Shown in pieces: positions 17,958-28,012 of a stretch of DNA of 64,000 bases. Under the pieces are notes generated by a model that made no database searches, was not told the origin of the DNA, and saw only the letters and a list, made by a program, of their open reading frames with translations. Both the position numbers and the translations under genes were made by a program. Position 1 is the stretch's first letter, and each line of letters opens with the position of its first letter. Source of the DNA: an uncultured Acidobacteriota bacterium (GTDB lineage: Bacteria; Acidobacteriota; Terriglobia; Terriglobales; SCQP01); NCBI GenBank assembly GCA_937898755.1, contig CALEJU010000010.1, forward strand, positions 515-64,514. The letters are read 5' to 3'.

Positions 17958-19631
17958 TCAGCGCACCAGCGGAGGAGCGACCACGATTCCCAAGCCGTCG
18001 AGCAGGGTCCAGGTGGCACGCTTTTCGGCCATCACCGCTTTTTGGTACTCCACGTTGGCGTTGAGCAGGGCGCTCTTCGCCTGGGTCAACTGCTGCTGTA
18101 CCTGCAGCAATTCAAAGCTGGTTGTGGCGCCCAGCAGATACTTCTGCTGTTCCGCGTCCACGTTTTTCTGTGTCAACTCGACGGAGATGCGCGCCGTCTC
18201 GATCTGCGCCTGGGCCAGATCCAACTGGTTGGAGGCGAGCTTGACGTCCTGAATGATCTGCTGCTGTTCCTGGCGCTCGCTATAGTGGTCGCGCGTCTGG
18301 CTGAGCAGGGCGTCGGACAGGCGGGCCTCTGCGGCGCTGCTGCGCACCGGGATGCTCAATTGCAGCGTGAAGCCGTAGAACGGGGAGCCGAAGCCGAACA
18401 AATGATGCAGGGCGTCGCCGAGACCACCGGGAACGAAGCTGGTCGAGGCGCTGGGTAGCAGGTTGCCGCCCACCCCGTTCGAGCCGTACTGTCCACCGAG
18501 ATCGAGCTGCGGCAACAGCGAGCTGCGGGCTACGCGCGCGTTGAGGGCATTGACGGTAAAGCGCCGCTGAATGCTCTTCAGTTCGGGTCGGGTGCGCAGG
18601 GCATCCGCGATGGCCTGCTCCGTGGTGGGCGGGGTGAAGGTGGCGAGGCTGGCGGGGTCGTCCTCAAGCACGATGGGAATGTCACGCGTGGCAGGCAGCA
18701 GATCGGCGCCGATCAGGCGACGGATGCCGTCCAGGCGCTCACGGTAGGCATACTGCGCCTGCAGCAGCGCCAGCTTGCGGCTCGCCACCTGTGCCTGTGA
18801 CTGGTAGATGTCGCCTTTCGGCAGGGCCCCGAGGTCAAGCGCCTGTTTGTCATGGGCGTACGACTTCTCCGCCAAATCGAGCGACTCCTGTTCAACTTGG
18901 ATGGTGTCACGCGCCTGCACCGCATCCCAGTACTGTCCGGCGGCGGCAGTGATGAGGTCGCCAATGTGGGCCTCGGTCTGTTCGACCGTGGATTGCACCA
19001 CGGCGCGCGCGATCAGCAGATTGGCCCGATTCGCGAGGTTGCCGCGATTGCGCAGCAGCGGCTGCGAGACGGCGAACGACAGCCCGGTCTGAATGCTGGG
19101 GTTGAAGACCGAAAACCTGCTGTTGCTGGTGTTGCGGCTGCCGTTGAAGCCGATGCTGACGTTCTGCCCCGAGGCCAGACTTTGCGTGAAACTCACCTGC
19201 GAGGTGGAGTTCAAGCTGGCCAGCGTGTTGGCGCCGCCCAACTGCGAGGTCTGCGGCTGGAAATAGCGGGTGCTGCCGTAGTTCAAGCCCAGGGTTGGGT
19301 CGAAGGGAGCCTTGGCGGCGAGCACGGCATTGCCGGCGCTGTCCACGTCGAGTCGGGCGATGTTGACGTCGGTGTTGTTGGCCAGAGCCAGCTTCAGGAA
19401 ACTGTTCAGCCGCAGGTACAGCTTGCCGCCTTGTATACGCTCCCGTACGCCGGCGATGGGCTGTAGCTTGACCTCGGGCGGGTGAAAGCGCTGGGTGTAG
19501 GCGCCCAGACCGGGGATGGCCTGGGCGCACAAAGTCGTCGTTCCCGCCAGCACCAGGCCGACGAGTGCCCGTCGGCTGCCGTGGAGGCCGCGGCGCCGCG
19601 AAAGAGGGGGATGGATAGCAACACGCATCAT
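17958..19631 (-). CDS. TolC-family outer-membrane efflux protein
   Basis: Start at ATG 19631 (MMRVAIHPP...signal...LCAQA), giving 557 aa. Two-repeat coiled-coil/beta pattern typical of OMF proteins. The listed 821-aa ORF is an over-extension. Confidence 0.85.
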   Translation of the reverse strand: MMRVAIHPPLSRRRGLHGSRRALVGLVLAGTTTLCAQAIPGLGAYTQRFHPPEVKLQPIAGVRERIQGGKLYLRLNSFLKLALANNTDVNIARLDVDSAGNAVLAAKAPFDPTLGLNYGSTRYFQPQTSQLGGANTLASLNSTSQVSFTQSLASGQNVSIGFNGSRNTSNSRFSVFNPSIQTGLSFAVSQPLLRNRGNLANRANLLIARAVVQSTVEQTEAHIGDLITAAAGQYWDAVQARDTIQVEQESLDLAEKSYAHDKQALDLGALPKGDIYQSQAQVASRKLALLQAQYAYRERLDGIRRLIGADLLPATRDIPIVLEDDPASLATFTPPTTEQAIADALRTRPELKSIQRRFTVNALNARVARSSLLPQLDLGGQYGSNGVGGNLLPSASTSFVPGGLGDALHHLFGFGSPFYGFTLQLSIPVRSSAAEARLSDALLSQTRDHYSERQEQQQIIQDVKLASNQLDLAQAQIETARISVELTQKNVDAEQQKYLLGATTSFELLQVQQQLTQAKSALLNANVEYQKAVMAEKRATWTLLDGLGIVVAPPLVR

Positions 19632-19654
19632 GATGATTTCAGTTGTGAGTGCCG

Positions 19655-20959
19655 TCACTCGTAGCGCAGCGCCTCGATGGGATCCACGCGCGAGGCTTTG
19701 CGGGCCGGGTAAATGCCGAACACCACGCCCACCGCCACCGAAACGCCAAACGCGACCAAGATGGAGGAGGTCGTGACGATCGTCTTCCAGTTGGCCGCCC
19801 AGGCGATGGTCCAAGAGAGGGCGTAGCCGAAGATGATGCCCAGCATGCCGCCCGAGAACGAGATCATCACCGACTCGACCAGGAACTGGCGCAGGATGTC
19901 GTTGCGCCGTGCCCCGATCGCGCGCCGGATGCCGATCTCCCGCGTGCGTTCCAGCACGGTGGCCAGCACGATGTTCATGATGCCGATGCCGCCGACCAGC
20001 AGCGAGATGCCGGCGATGGCCACCATGACCAGGGTGAAGATGCGCTGTGTACGCTGCTGCTGCGCCAGCAAGTCTGCGGGCACGATGACGTTGAAGTCCT
20101 CGGCGTTGTGATGGGTGGAGTTGAGAATGGCGGTGACCACCTTGGCCACTGCCACGCTGTCCGCCCCTTCTTTCAGGCGCAGGTCCACGCCATCCAGATC
20201 GTCCTTCAAGTTGAAGCTGTTGTCGAAGAAGCGGTACTGGAACGTGTTGAGCGGAATGTAGATGATGTTGTTGACGTCCTGCGCCGCGCCGGATCCGCCG
20301 GGGGCGACCTGTTCGCCCAACACGCCAATCACCTGGAGCCAAGTGTCGTTCACCTTGATCCACTTGCCCCCCGCCGGCCCGTAGCCCAACAGATTGATCT
20401 TTGCGGCTTGGCCGAGCACGCAAACGGCGTTGCTGGCGGCATCGTCCGAGGCGTCAAAGAAGCGGCCTTCCTCGACCTGCAGGTGGTGAATCACCTGGTA
20501 GGAGGGCCGTACGCCGGAAAGCGTGGGCATGTCGTGCGCCGGCTTGGGTAGCACGCTGGTGGGGTGCAGCTCGCGGCGGGGCGAAACGAGGTCGAGCGCA
20601 TCGAGATTGGTCTCGAGGATGCGAACATCACGGTCGTTCAGTCCCTGCGAGATCTTGCGGCGCTGCTGCATCTCCTGCTGGCTGGCGGCCGGACGCGACT
20701 CGATCAGGACGTTGCGCACTCCTAATTGTTCGATGAAACGCAGCGACTCCTGGCGGGCTCCGGCCCCGATGGCCAGCATGCCAATCACCGCACCGACACC
20801 GAAGACCATTCCGAGCGCGGTCAGCAAGGTACGCGTCTTCTGGTTGCGCAGGTTGGCAAAGGCGAGCACGACGTCCAGCACGAGGCTTCGCGCGCCCGAT
20901 TTGGTGGCCGCGGCGGCGCTGGTCCGTGTGGGAGGAAGCGGGGCAGTGGTAGTGCTCAT
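19655..20959 (-). CDS. ABC-transporter permease, MacB/FtsX type (no fused ATPase)
   Basis: 434 aa: an N-terminal TM, a large periplasmic domain, then FtsX helices (LVGGIGIMNIVLATVLERTREIGIRRAIGA). Confidence 0.9.
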   Translation of the reverse strand: MSTTTAPLPPTRTSAAAATKSGARSLVLDVVLAFANLRNQKTRTLLTALGMVFGVGAVIGMLAIGAGARQESLRFIEQLGVRNVLIESRPAASQQEMQQRRKISQGLNDRDVRILETNLDALDLVSPRRELHPTSVLPKPAHDMPTLSGVRPSYQVIHHLQVEEGRFFDASDDAASNAVCVLGQAAKINLLGYGPAGGKWIKVNDTWLQVIGVLGEQVAPGGSGAAQDVNNIIYIPLNTFQYRFFDNSFNLKDDLDGVDLRLKEGADSVAVAKVVTAILNSTHHNAEDFNVIVPADLLAQQQRTQRIFTLVMVAIAGISLLVGGIGIMNIVLATVLERTREIGIRRAIGARRNDILRQFLVESVMISFSGGMLGIIFGYALSWTIAWAANWKTIVTTSSILVAFGVSVAVGVVFGIYPARKASRVDPIEALRYE

Positions 20960-22317
20960 CGCCCCATCCCTTGCAAGGCGGAAGTGTTGCCGCCGGCCTT
21001 TGGCGTGGTGGATTTCTGTTCCGGGCTGGCGAGTGCGATCACCTGTCCCTCCTGCACCCCGCTGATCACCACCTGGCTTTCACTGCGGCGCAGGATCTTG
21101 ACGTCGTGCGGAACAAAGCCTCCGCCCGAGGGAATGTAGACGTAACTGCGGCTGTCACTCTCGAACACCGCCTGTGCCGGCACCCAGAGGACGTTGGGCA
21201 GGGTCTCGGTGGTGATGCGCAGGTCGGCGCTGGTTCCGGGGCGCAACTCCGGCGTAGGATCGTCAATTGCCACCGAACATACAAAGCTGCGACGCCAAGG
21301 CGGGCCCGAGGAGCCGCCGAGGTTGGCCACATGGCCGTGGAAGGTCTTGCCCGGCAGCGCAACCACGTTGATCTGAACCGGCTGACCGGGCGCGAGGTGG
21401 CCGCGGTCCAATTCCGAGATCTCGGCGTTGACGGTCAAGTTCTTCAAGTCGGGGATCTGCACCACGGCCATGCCGGCGCGCACCGCATCGCCGACCTGGA
21501 AGGGCTGCAGCGTCATCCCGGTAAAAAAGAAGTTGAGGTTGGTGTTGGGCTGGATGGCCACGTAGCCAGTGGTTTTGGCCACCGGCGACAGCAGGGCAAT
21601 GTTCTTGCGCGCCCGATCAGCCTCGATCTGCGCCTTGTGGCGCGCCGCTTCCTGGATGGCGATGGAGGCTTGGTTGGTGGCCTGACGGCTTTGCAGATCG
21701 TGCTGCAGTTGCGTCAGGTGGTCGCGCGCCGCCGCCTGCGCGAGATCGTTCTCATGTGCTTCGATGGTGGACAGCAGCGGGTTCCGTTTGACGTCCAACG
21801 CCGCCAGCTGCAAGTCGTCCTTGGCCTTGATGAGGGCGTAGGCGTCCTGTTCCTGCTGCGCCGCACTCTGGGCGCGCGCCTTGATCACCTGCTGCTCGGC
21901 TTCGGCCAGATCGGCTTCCGCTTGCTTCAGCTTGTAGGTCTCATCCGTCGCATCGAACTGCACGACAATGTCGCCCGGCTTTACCGGATCGCCGGCCGCC
22001 TTCATGGCGGTGATGTGCAAATCGCCGCCGCCGGCCATGGGAGCGGTCAACATCTCGGAGTTGCCACCCTGCAGCACTCCTTTTGCGTTGACGGTGAGGA
22101 CGACGGTGCCGCGCTTGACGGTGGCGGTGGGAACCTCGGCGGCCGTGGCCGGCACCAGGCTGCGCACCCCGCGCACCGCTCCCCAGATGAGGAGTGCGAG
22201 CACCGCCAGCAAGACGACCGCCGCAAGGAGGCGGCCCCGCCAGGCGGGGCGCGGAGGCGGCGGAGCCGGGGGACTATAGGCCGGAAGCGCAGGCGTGGCG
22301 GCAGAGTGGGTCGCCAT
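20956..22317 (-). CDS. HlyD-family periplasmic adaptor (MFP) paralog 3
   Basis: 453 aa with a TM anchor, a long coiled-coil and a beta-barrel domain. 4-nt overlap with the permease start. Confidence 0.85.
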   Translation of the reverse strand: MATHSAATPALPAYSPPAPPPPRPAWRGRLLAAVVLLAVLALLIWGAVRGVRSLVPATAAEVPTATVKRGTVVLTVNAKGVLQGGNSEMLTAPMAGGGDLHITAMKAAGDPVKPGDIVVQFDATDETYKLKQAEADLAEAEQQVIKARAQSAAQQEQDAYALIKAKDDLQLAALDVKRNPLLSTIEAHENDLAQAAARDHLTQLQHDLQSRQATNQASIAIQEAARHKAQIEADRARKNIALLSPVAKTTGYVAIQPNTNLNFFFTGMTLQPFQVGDAVRAGMAVVQIPDLKNLTVNAEISELDRGHLAPGQPVQINVVALPGKTFHGHVANLGGSSGPPWRRSFVCSVAIDDPTPELRPGTSADLRITTETLPNVLWVPAQAVFESDSRSYVYIPSGGGFVPHDVKILRRSESQVVISGVQEGQVIALASPEQKSTTPKAGGNTSALQGMGR

Positions 22318-23606
22318 CAGTTGCTCCCCTTGCCGCTGCCAGTCGCAGGCTCGGCCAGCGTCACCAGCGTGCCTCCCGCAATACCGCCCACCGCCACCTC
22401 GTCTGGATTGCGGGCCAGCACCTCGACCTCGACGGGAACGTACTGTCCATTCCTCGCGACATAGACCACGGGCTTGGCATTCCGGGTGAACAGCGCGCGA
22501 CTGGGGACGCTGACCACATCGGCCAGACGCTTGACGATGATGTCCACGCTCCCGTTCATGCCGGTTCGCATGCGTGGGTCGGGGTGGTCAATGGCGGCGT
22601 AGGCGCGGAAGTTGCGAAACGGGGGACAGCAGCCGTGTTCGGTCAGCGGCGAGATGGCGGCGAGATGTCCGCTGAAGGTGACCTCCGGCAGGGCGTCAAG
22701 ATGCACGCGAGTGGGGTTGCCGAGCGCAATGCGGCCGCGATCCACCTCTTCCAGACCGCCCGCCATCTGCACCGTGCTCATGTCGGGGATCTCGGCGATG
22801 GTAGCTCCCCCCCAAACGTGGTCGCCGACCTTAAACGGCTGGGCGTTGATCCAGCCCTGAGAATTGTTCTGCAGAAAGTTGATGATGCCGTTCAATGGGC
22901 TGTGCAACTCCATGTGAGCGAGGTGATCGCGCGTCTGGTCCACTTCGAACTGCGCCTTGTCGCGCAACCGGCGAAGGGAGGAGATCTTGGCGGCCTCCGA
23001 GCGCTGATGGAGGTTCACCGTGGCCGCCTCGACGCGCTGTTTCTCCTGCGCCAAGCCGAGATCAATTTTGCTTTCCTCGCCTTGAATAGCGCTCACGATG
23101 GTCAGTTTGGAGGCCTCCAGGCGGGCCCGCTCGACCTGGTACTTCGCCGTCTCCGTGTCGAGCTGATCCTGTTCAGCGATGATGCGGGCCTGCGCCTGTT
23201 CTTGGTCGAGCGTCGCCTGTGCCTGACGCAAGGCGGCGAGATTCTGGTCCAGCAACTCCTGCGCTTGGCTGGGATCAAAGCGCACCACCACATCCCCGGC
23301 ATGGACCGGACTGCTGGGAGGCGCCAGCCAGACGATCTGCAGGTTGGGAACGTGATTCGGAGCGCTGAGCTGCACCGAGCGCTGCGCTTCCAGAGCGCCA
23401 CGGGCGCGCACCAGAACCAGGAACTCGCCGCGGCGCGACGGCACCGTGGGCAAATGCCCGGCGGCTTCGACTCGGCGCAGGCGCCAGACGCCGACTCCGG
23501 CCAGCAGACAGGCGACCAGTACGGCAGCCGTGACTGCCAGCCGACGGGGCGTCCAGCGGCGTTCACCCGCCGGCAGATTCTGCAGTTCTGAATCGGTCTC
23601 GCTCAT
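22317..23606 (-). CDS. HlyD-family periplasmic adaptor (MFP) paralog 2
   Basis: 429 aa with a TM anchor and coiled-coil. Its stop overlaps the next start (TGATG at 22315-22319). Confidence 0.85.
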   Translation of the reverse strand: MSETDSELQNLPAGERRWTPRRLAVTAAVLVACLLAGVGVWRLRRVEAAGHLPTVPSRRGEFLVLVRARGALEAQRSVQLSAPNHVPNLQIVWLAPPSSPVHAGDVVVRFDPSQAQELLDQNLAALRQAQATLDQEQAQARIIAEQDQLDTETAKYQVERARLEASKLTIVSAIQGEESKIDLGLAQEKQRVEAATVNLHQRSEAAKISSLRRLRDKAQFEVDQTRDHLAHMELHSPLNGIINFLQNNSQGWINAQPFKVGDHVWGGATIAEIPDMSTVQMAGGLEEVDRGRIALGNPTRVHLDALPEVTFSGHLAAISPLTEHGCCPPFRNFRAYAAIDHPDPRMRTGMNGSVDIIVKRLADVVSVPSRALFTRNAKPVVYVARNGQYVPVEVEVLARNPDEVAVGGIAGGTLVTLAEPATGSGKGSN

Positions 23607-23612
23607 GGGCGG

Positions 23613-24881
23613 TTACTGGCCGTCCTCCTGGGTGCAGAGGACCGGGGTATCGGCTTCCAGCCCGCGGCTGATGGCGACGTGCGTCGCATCGTATCCGCCG
23701 AGCTGCACTTCCGTTTCTCGATGTTGCCCATCCACCGCAACCTTGGTGACAAACGCCTTGCCACTGCGGTAATGCACCGCGCAACGCGGCACCAAAACCG
23801 TGGTTGGGCCGGCCGCCCCCTGGAAGTCCACCGCCGCCGAGAGGTCGGGTAGCAGTTCCGGAGCGGTCTGGTCCAACTTGAAACGCGCCGAAAAAGTCCG
23901 CACCGTGCTACCGAAGGGCGGGGAAGTGGCGATCGGGCTGGCGCTCTCCAGATGGGCGGTGAACTCCGCTTTGGGATAGGCATCGAGATGAATCGTCGCG
24001 GTGGCGCCGGGGGTCAAGAGCGCACCATCGGCTTCGCTGACCGCCACCTCCACCATCATCTGGTGCGGATCGAAGACGCGCAGCAGCGGGCTGCCGGAGT
24101 AAACCTGGTCGCCTTCCTGCGCATGCCCGAGCGATCCGTTGCGCCACGAGTTTTCCAGCGCCACCATGCCGGCCAGCGGCGCTTTCACCACCATCTTGTC
24201 GGCGTTCTGCTGCGCCCGCTCCCACTCCAGCTTCTGGCGGTCGCGCTGCAACTCGAGAATCCGCAGGTCGGCGCCCGCCGCTTGGTCATCATCCGCATTC
24301 AGGCGCCGCAGGCTGGCGACGTGGGCGTGCGCGTCTGTGAGCTTGATGGCGTCTTTGGCGCGTTCGAGCTCGCTCAAGATGGGTCCCTTCCGCATCTCCA
24401 GCTCCGCCTTGTGAAAGTCGGCCTCCGCCGAGAGCAGATCGGCGTTGCGCTGCTCCGCATCGCTGCGGTTCTGCGCCACCTTCTGCTCCACCTGGTGGCG
24501 CAGATCCTCGTACTTGGCCTGGTTGTCGCGGGCGTCCTGCAGTTGTTGCGTGCGGTCAAACTCGGCCAGCACGTCGCCGGCGTTCACGGCCGTACCGCTG
24601 GAAACCAGCCGGGTCAGCGTCAGTTCACCGCCGTGGCCGACCAACTGCGGCACCCGGACACCCACCTCCCGCACCGCCTCGATGGTGCCGTTGGCGCGCG
24701 TGGCCCGATGCAACTGCCCCAGAACGGAACGCACCAACTGGCCGTCACTGGGTGAGTGACTCGCAGCGTGGGTCGTCCGCCCGCATCCCACGGCGGTTCC
24801 CGCGATCAGCGTCAAGGCACACACCCATCGCCCGGGACGATCGCGCATGATGAAAAAGGGCCGCATGAAAACGTTGCGCAC
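23613..24881 (-). CDS. HlyD-family periplasmic adaptor (MFP) paralog 1, probable lipoprotein
   Basis: 422 aa from GTG 24881 (alternative ATGs at 24866 and 24848). LIAGTAVGC is lipobox-like. Coiled-coil adaptor layout. Confidence 0.8.
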   Translation of the reverse strand: MRNVFMRPFFIMRDRPGRWVCALTLIAGTAVGCGRTTHAASHSPSDGQLVRSVLGQLHRATRANGTIEAVREVGVRVPQLVGHGGELTLTRLVSSGTAVNAGDVLAEFDRTQQLQDARDNQAKYEDLRHQVEQKVAQNRSDAEQRNADLLSAEADFHKAELEMRKGPILSELERAKDAIKLTDAHAHVASLRRLNADDDQAAGADLRILELQRDRQKLEWERAQQNADKMVVKAPLAGMVALENSWRNGSLGHAQEGDQVYSGSPLLRVFDPHQMMVEVAVSEADGALLTPGATATIHLDAYPKAEFTAHLESASPIATSPPFGSTVRTFSARFKLDQTAPELLPDLSAAVDFQGAAGPTTVLVPRCAVHYRSGKAFVTKVAVDGQHRETEVQLGGYDATHVAISRGLEADTPVLCTQEDGQ

Positions 24882-25221
24882 TGCTCAATCCATTCTACGT
24901 TCCGACCGATCGGTTAGACACATGCATTGGCAATAAAGTTAGCAAAAAGTGAACAATTGTCCGGAGCGTGGACCCAGGATCCGTTACCAATTCGCGCGCC
25001 GCTGCCCCTGAGTGCACACGATCCACAAGGCGAATCGCCTTACATTGGCGCGCTCCCGACCCCCGGCTCCCCCGCAAGGCCGCCAACCCGGTCTCTACCT
25101 CGAAACGTGGCCAACATCACAATTGAGGGGACGTGTTGCCGAGTGATAACCGTGCGGAAAGGCGGACACGTTTATGTCACACTACGCCTTCCGCCAACAC
25201 CACCAAGGGAGACGCACCACG

Positions 25222-27828
25222 ATGGGCTGTCGCCGTGTTCTTTGGGCTTCTGGATTGCTTCTTGTTGGTATCAGCGTGGCCTGGGCTCAACAGGACGCGG
25301 CGCACACGCCACCCGCCCACAAAGTTTTTGGCGATCCGAACATCATCCAGTACGCCCCCAGCCGCTCCTATCACGTCGAGCATTACAAGCTGGCGCTGCA
25401 CTTCGACCCGGCCAAGGGCGAGATCTTCGGCGACGAGACGGTCACGCTGCAGCCCTTTGCCGACGGATTCAGCAGCTTCGATCTGGACAGCAGCGAACTG
25501 GCCATTGAGTCGGTGGTACTGACCGAGCCGGGCCATGCCGCCACCCCCCTCAACTTTCAGGCCCACGATCCCAAGCTCAGCATCACGCTCGACCATCCTT
25601 ACGCTGCCGGCACCAGCTTGGCGGTGCATCTCGTGTACCACGGCTTTCCCCGCACCGGCGTGTTTTTCATCCACCCCGACAGCCAGTACCCCAACCGTCC
25701 GGAGGAAATTTGGACGCAGGGAGAGAGCGAGTTCAACCATTACTGGTTCCCCTGCTACGACTACCCCAACGACAAGGCGACGAGCGAGATCTCAGTGACG
25801 GTCCCGGACAATCAGGTGGTGGTGTCCAACGGCAGCCTGAAGAGCGTCACGCACGACCATGGTCTCGCCACGTATCACTGGGTGGAGGCGGTACCGCACA
25901 GCTCGTACCTCAATGCCATCGCGGTCGGCCCGTGGGCCAAGTACAGTCAGAAGTACAAGAACATCTCGGTGGACTACTACGTTCCCAACACCGTGGATGA
26001 GGCGACGGCGCTGCGCTCCTTCAGCCTGACACCCGACATGATCGCCTTCTACGCCTCGACCTTCGGCGTCGAATATCCCTACGAGAAGTATGCCCAGACC
26101 ACGGTGCACAACTTCACCGAGGGCGGCATGGAAAATATCAGCGCCACCACCCAGACCGAGTGGACGCTGCACGATGCCAAGGCCGAGCCCGATTACAAGA
26201 GTCAGGGCTTGGTGGCGCACGAGCTGGCTCACCAGTGGTTCGGCGACCTCGTCACCACCCGCGATTGGGCCAACATCTGGCTCAATGAAGGCTTCGCCAC
26301 CTTCGTCGAGGCGCTTTATACCCAGCATCACGACGGCGACAATGCCTATCGTCACGAGATCTGGCAGGATCAGCAGTCCTCGCAGCATGAGGACCGGGAC
26401 CGCTATCGGCGTTCCATCGTCAGCCGCCATTACCTCTATCCGGAACAAGTCTTCGACGCCACCACCTACCCCAAGGGGGCGGCGGTGCTCGACATGATGC
26501 GGCACGTGCTGGGCGACAAGGCCTTCTTTGAATCGCTGCACAACTACCTGTTGGCGCATCGCGAAAAAAACGTCGGTACACACGACCTGATGGAAGCCAT
26601 CCGCGATACCAGTGGGCAGAATCTGGACTGGTTCTTCGCGGAGTGGCTCTTCAAGGGGGGCTTCCCCGAGTACGAGGTGCACGCCGGCTATGACCGGGTT
26701 CACAAGGTCGAGACGATTCGGGTGCTGCAAACCCAAAAGCTTGATGCGCTGACGCCCATATTCGACATGCCGCTCGACCTGGCGTTCATCGGACCCCAGG
26801 GGCAGCGGAAGATGCTGACCGTTCGCGACCATCTGGCCGAGCAGGAATTCACGCTGCCGCTCGACTTCGAACCCACCATCGTGGACTTCGACCCCAACGA
26901 CTACGTGGATAAGACGGTCAAGTTCGACAAGTCCGCCCAGGAACTGATTGCCCAGGCAACCGGGGACCCGGCCGTGATGAGCCGGCTGTGGGCCGCTCAT
27001 CAACTACGCGACAAAGACGGATCGCCCGACGTGATTGCCGCCCTGCGGCAGGTCGGGTTGCACGACAGCTTTGCCCCGGTGCGTGCCGAAGCGGCTGATT
27101 CGTTGGGTGAGATTGGAACTCCCGTCGCGCTGAACGCCCTGCTCGAGATCCTGCATGACAGCGACAACGACGTGCGCGCAGCCGTGGTCGGGGCGTTGCA
27201 GCATTTCACGAAGAACCGCGAGGTCTACGCCGCGCTGCTGGAGCGGTTGCACAACGACGGGAGTTACAAGGTGCAGGCGGCCGCCGCCGAAACGCTGGGC
27301 CATCTGGAAATGCCGCAGGCTTTTGCACCCTTGCAGGAGGCCAGCCAACTGGAGGTCACGCCCGCCAACAGCGTGCATTACATCGTGACCGCCGCCCTCG
27401 GGGGGTTGGGCGCGATGAAAGACCCGCGTGCCGTGCCGATTATTCTGGCCCACGCCCAGCCAGGCGTTCCGGAACGCGTGCGCATCCCCGCCCTCTTTGA
27501 GTTGTTGGAGCTGAAGGACCAGCTCAATGGTCACGAGAGCGAGGTGGAGACCACCCTGCGCGCGGCCATGGATGACAGCTTTCCCTTCACCCGCGATGCC
27601 GGCATGCGCGTCGCCGCCGGGTTGCGGCTGAAGACGTTCGAGTCGCGGATCGCCGGTTTCGCCGCCAGTCTGCCCACGGCGGGGGAGCGTGACGGCGCCA
27701 CGCAGGCCTTGCGCGAGATGCGCGGCCAGAACGAGAAGCCGGCCGCCATCCCCGCCGATGTGCAGAAACTGCAGGAGCGGGTCAATGTGCTCGAGCAGAA
27801 GGTGAAGGAACTGGAGAAAAAGCCCTAG
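25222..27828 (+). CDS. M1-family aminopeptidase (aminopeptidase N-like) with C-terminal HEAT repeats
   Basis: Start at ATG 25222 with a signal peptide. GGMEN exopeptidase motif; HELAHQWFGD...NEGFATF zinc site. The C-terminus has PBS-lyase/HEAT-like repeats. Confidence 0.9.
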   Translation: MGCRRVLWASGLLLVGISVAWAQQDAAHTPPAHKVFGDPNIIQYAPSRSYHVEHYKLALHFDPAKGEIFGDETVTLQPFADGFSSFDLDSSELAIESVVLTEPGHAATPLNFQAHDPKLSITLDHPYAAGTSLAVHLVYHGFPRTGVFFIHPDSQYPNRPEEIWTQGESEFNHYWFPCYDYPNDKATSEISVTVPDNQVVVSNGSLKSVTHDHGLATYHWVEAVPHSSYLNAIAVGPWAKYSQKYKNISVDYYVPNTVDEATALRSFSLTPDMIAFYASTFGVEYPYEKYAQTTVHNFTEGGMENISATTQTEWTLHDAKAEPDYKSQGLVAHELAHQWFGDLVTTRDWANIWLNEGFATFVEALYTQHHDGDNAYRHEIWQDQQSSQHEDRDRYRRSIVSRHYLYPEQVFDATTYPKGAAVLDMMRHVLGDKAFFESLHNYLLAHREKNVGTHDLMEAIRDTSGQNLDWFFAEWLFKGGFPEYEVHAGYDRVHKVETIRVLQTQKLDALTPIFDMPLDLAFIGPQGQRKMLTVRDHLAEQEFTLPLDFEPTIVDFDPNDYVDKTVKFDKSAQELIAQATGDPAVMSRLWAAHQLRDKDGSPDVIAALRQVGLHDSFAPVRAEAADSLGEIGTPVALNALLEILHDSDNDVRAAVVGALQHFTKNREVYAALLERLHNDGSYKVQAAAAETLGHLEMPQAFAPLQEASQLEVTPANSVHYIVTAALGGLGAMKDPRAVPIILAHAQPGVPERVRIPALFELLELKDQLNGHESEVETTLRAAMDDSFPFTRDAGMRVAAGLRLKTFESRIAGFAASLPTAGERDGATQALREMRGQNEKPAAIPADVQKLQERVNVLEQKVKELEKKP

Positions 27829-28012
27829 GCAGCCGCTCGAGGCCCAGGCGCCACCGGCGTGCCGGCGCCCCCGGCTGTTCATCATGGCCCTGCGCCCGGT
27901 ATCGGATCGGGCAGGGATTTCGCCGATGCATTTTTGTCTGGCCGGCTTCGATCGCCGTCGAAGATGATTCGGGTGGTGGAATCGGGGCAATGTCTCGCGA
28001 CCCTTAAACCCT

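Noticed and set aside
17958-20423. An 821-aa ORF suggesting a much larger TolC-like protein
   Set aside because: The N-terminal ~260 aa are antisense to the FtsX permease and are Arg/Gly-rich. A proper signal peptide follows the internal ATG at 19631.
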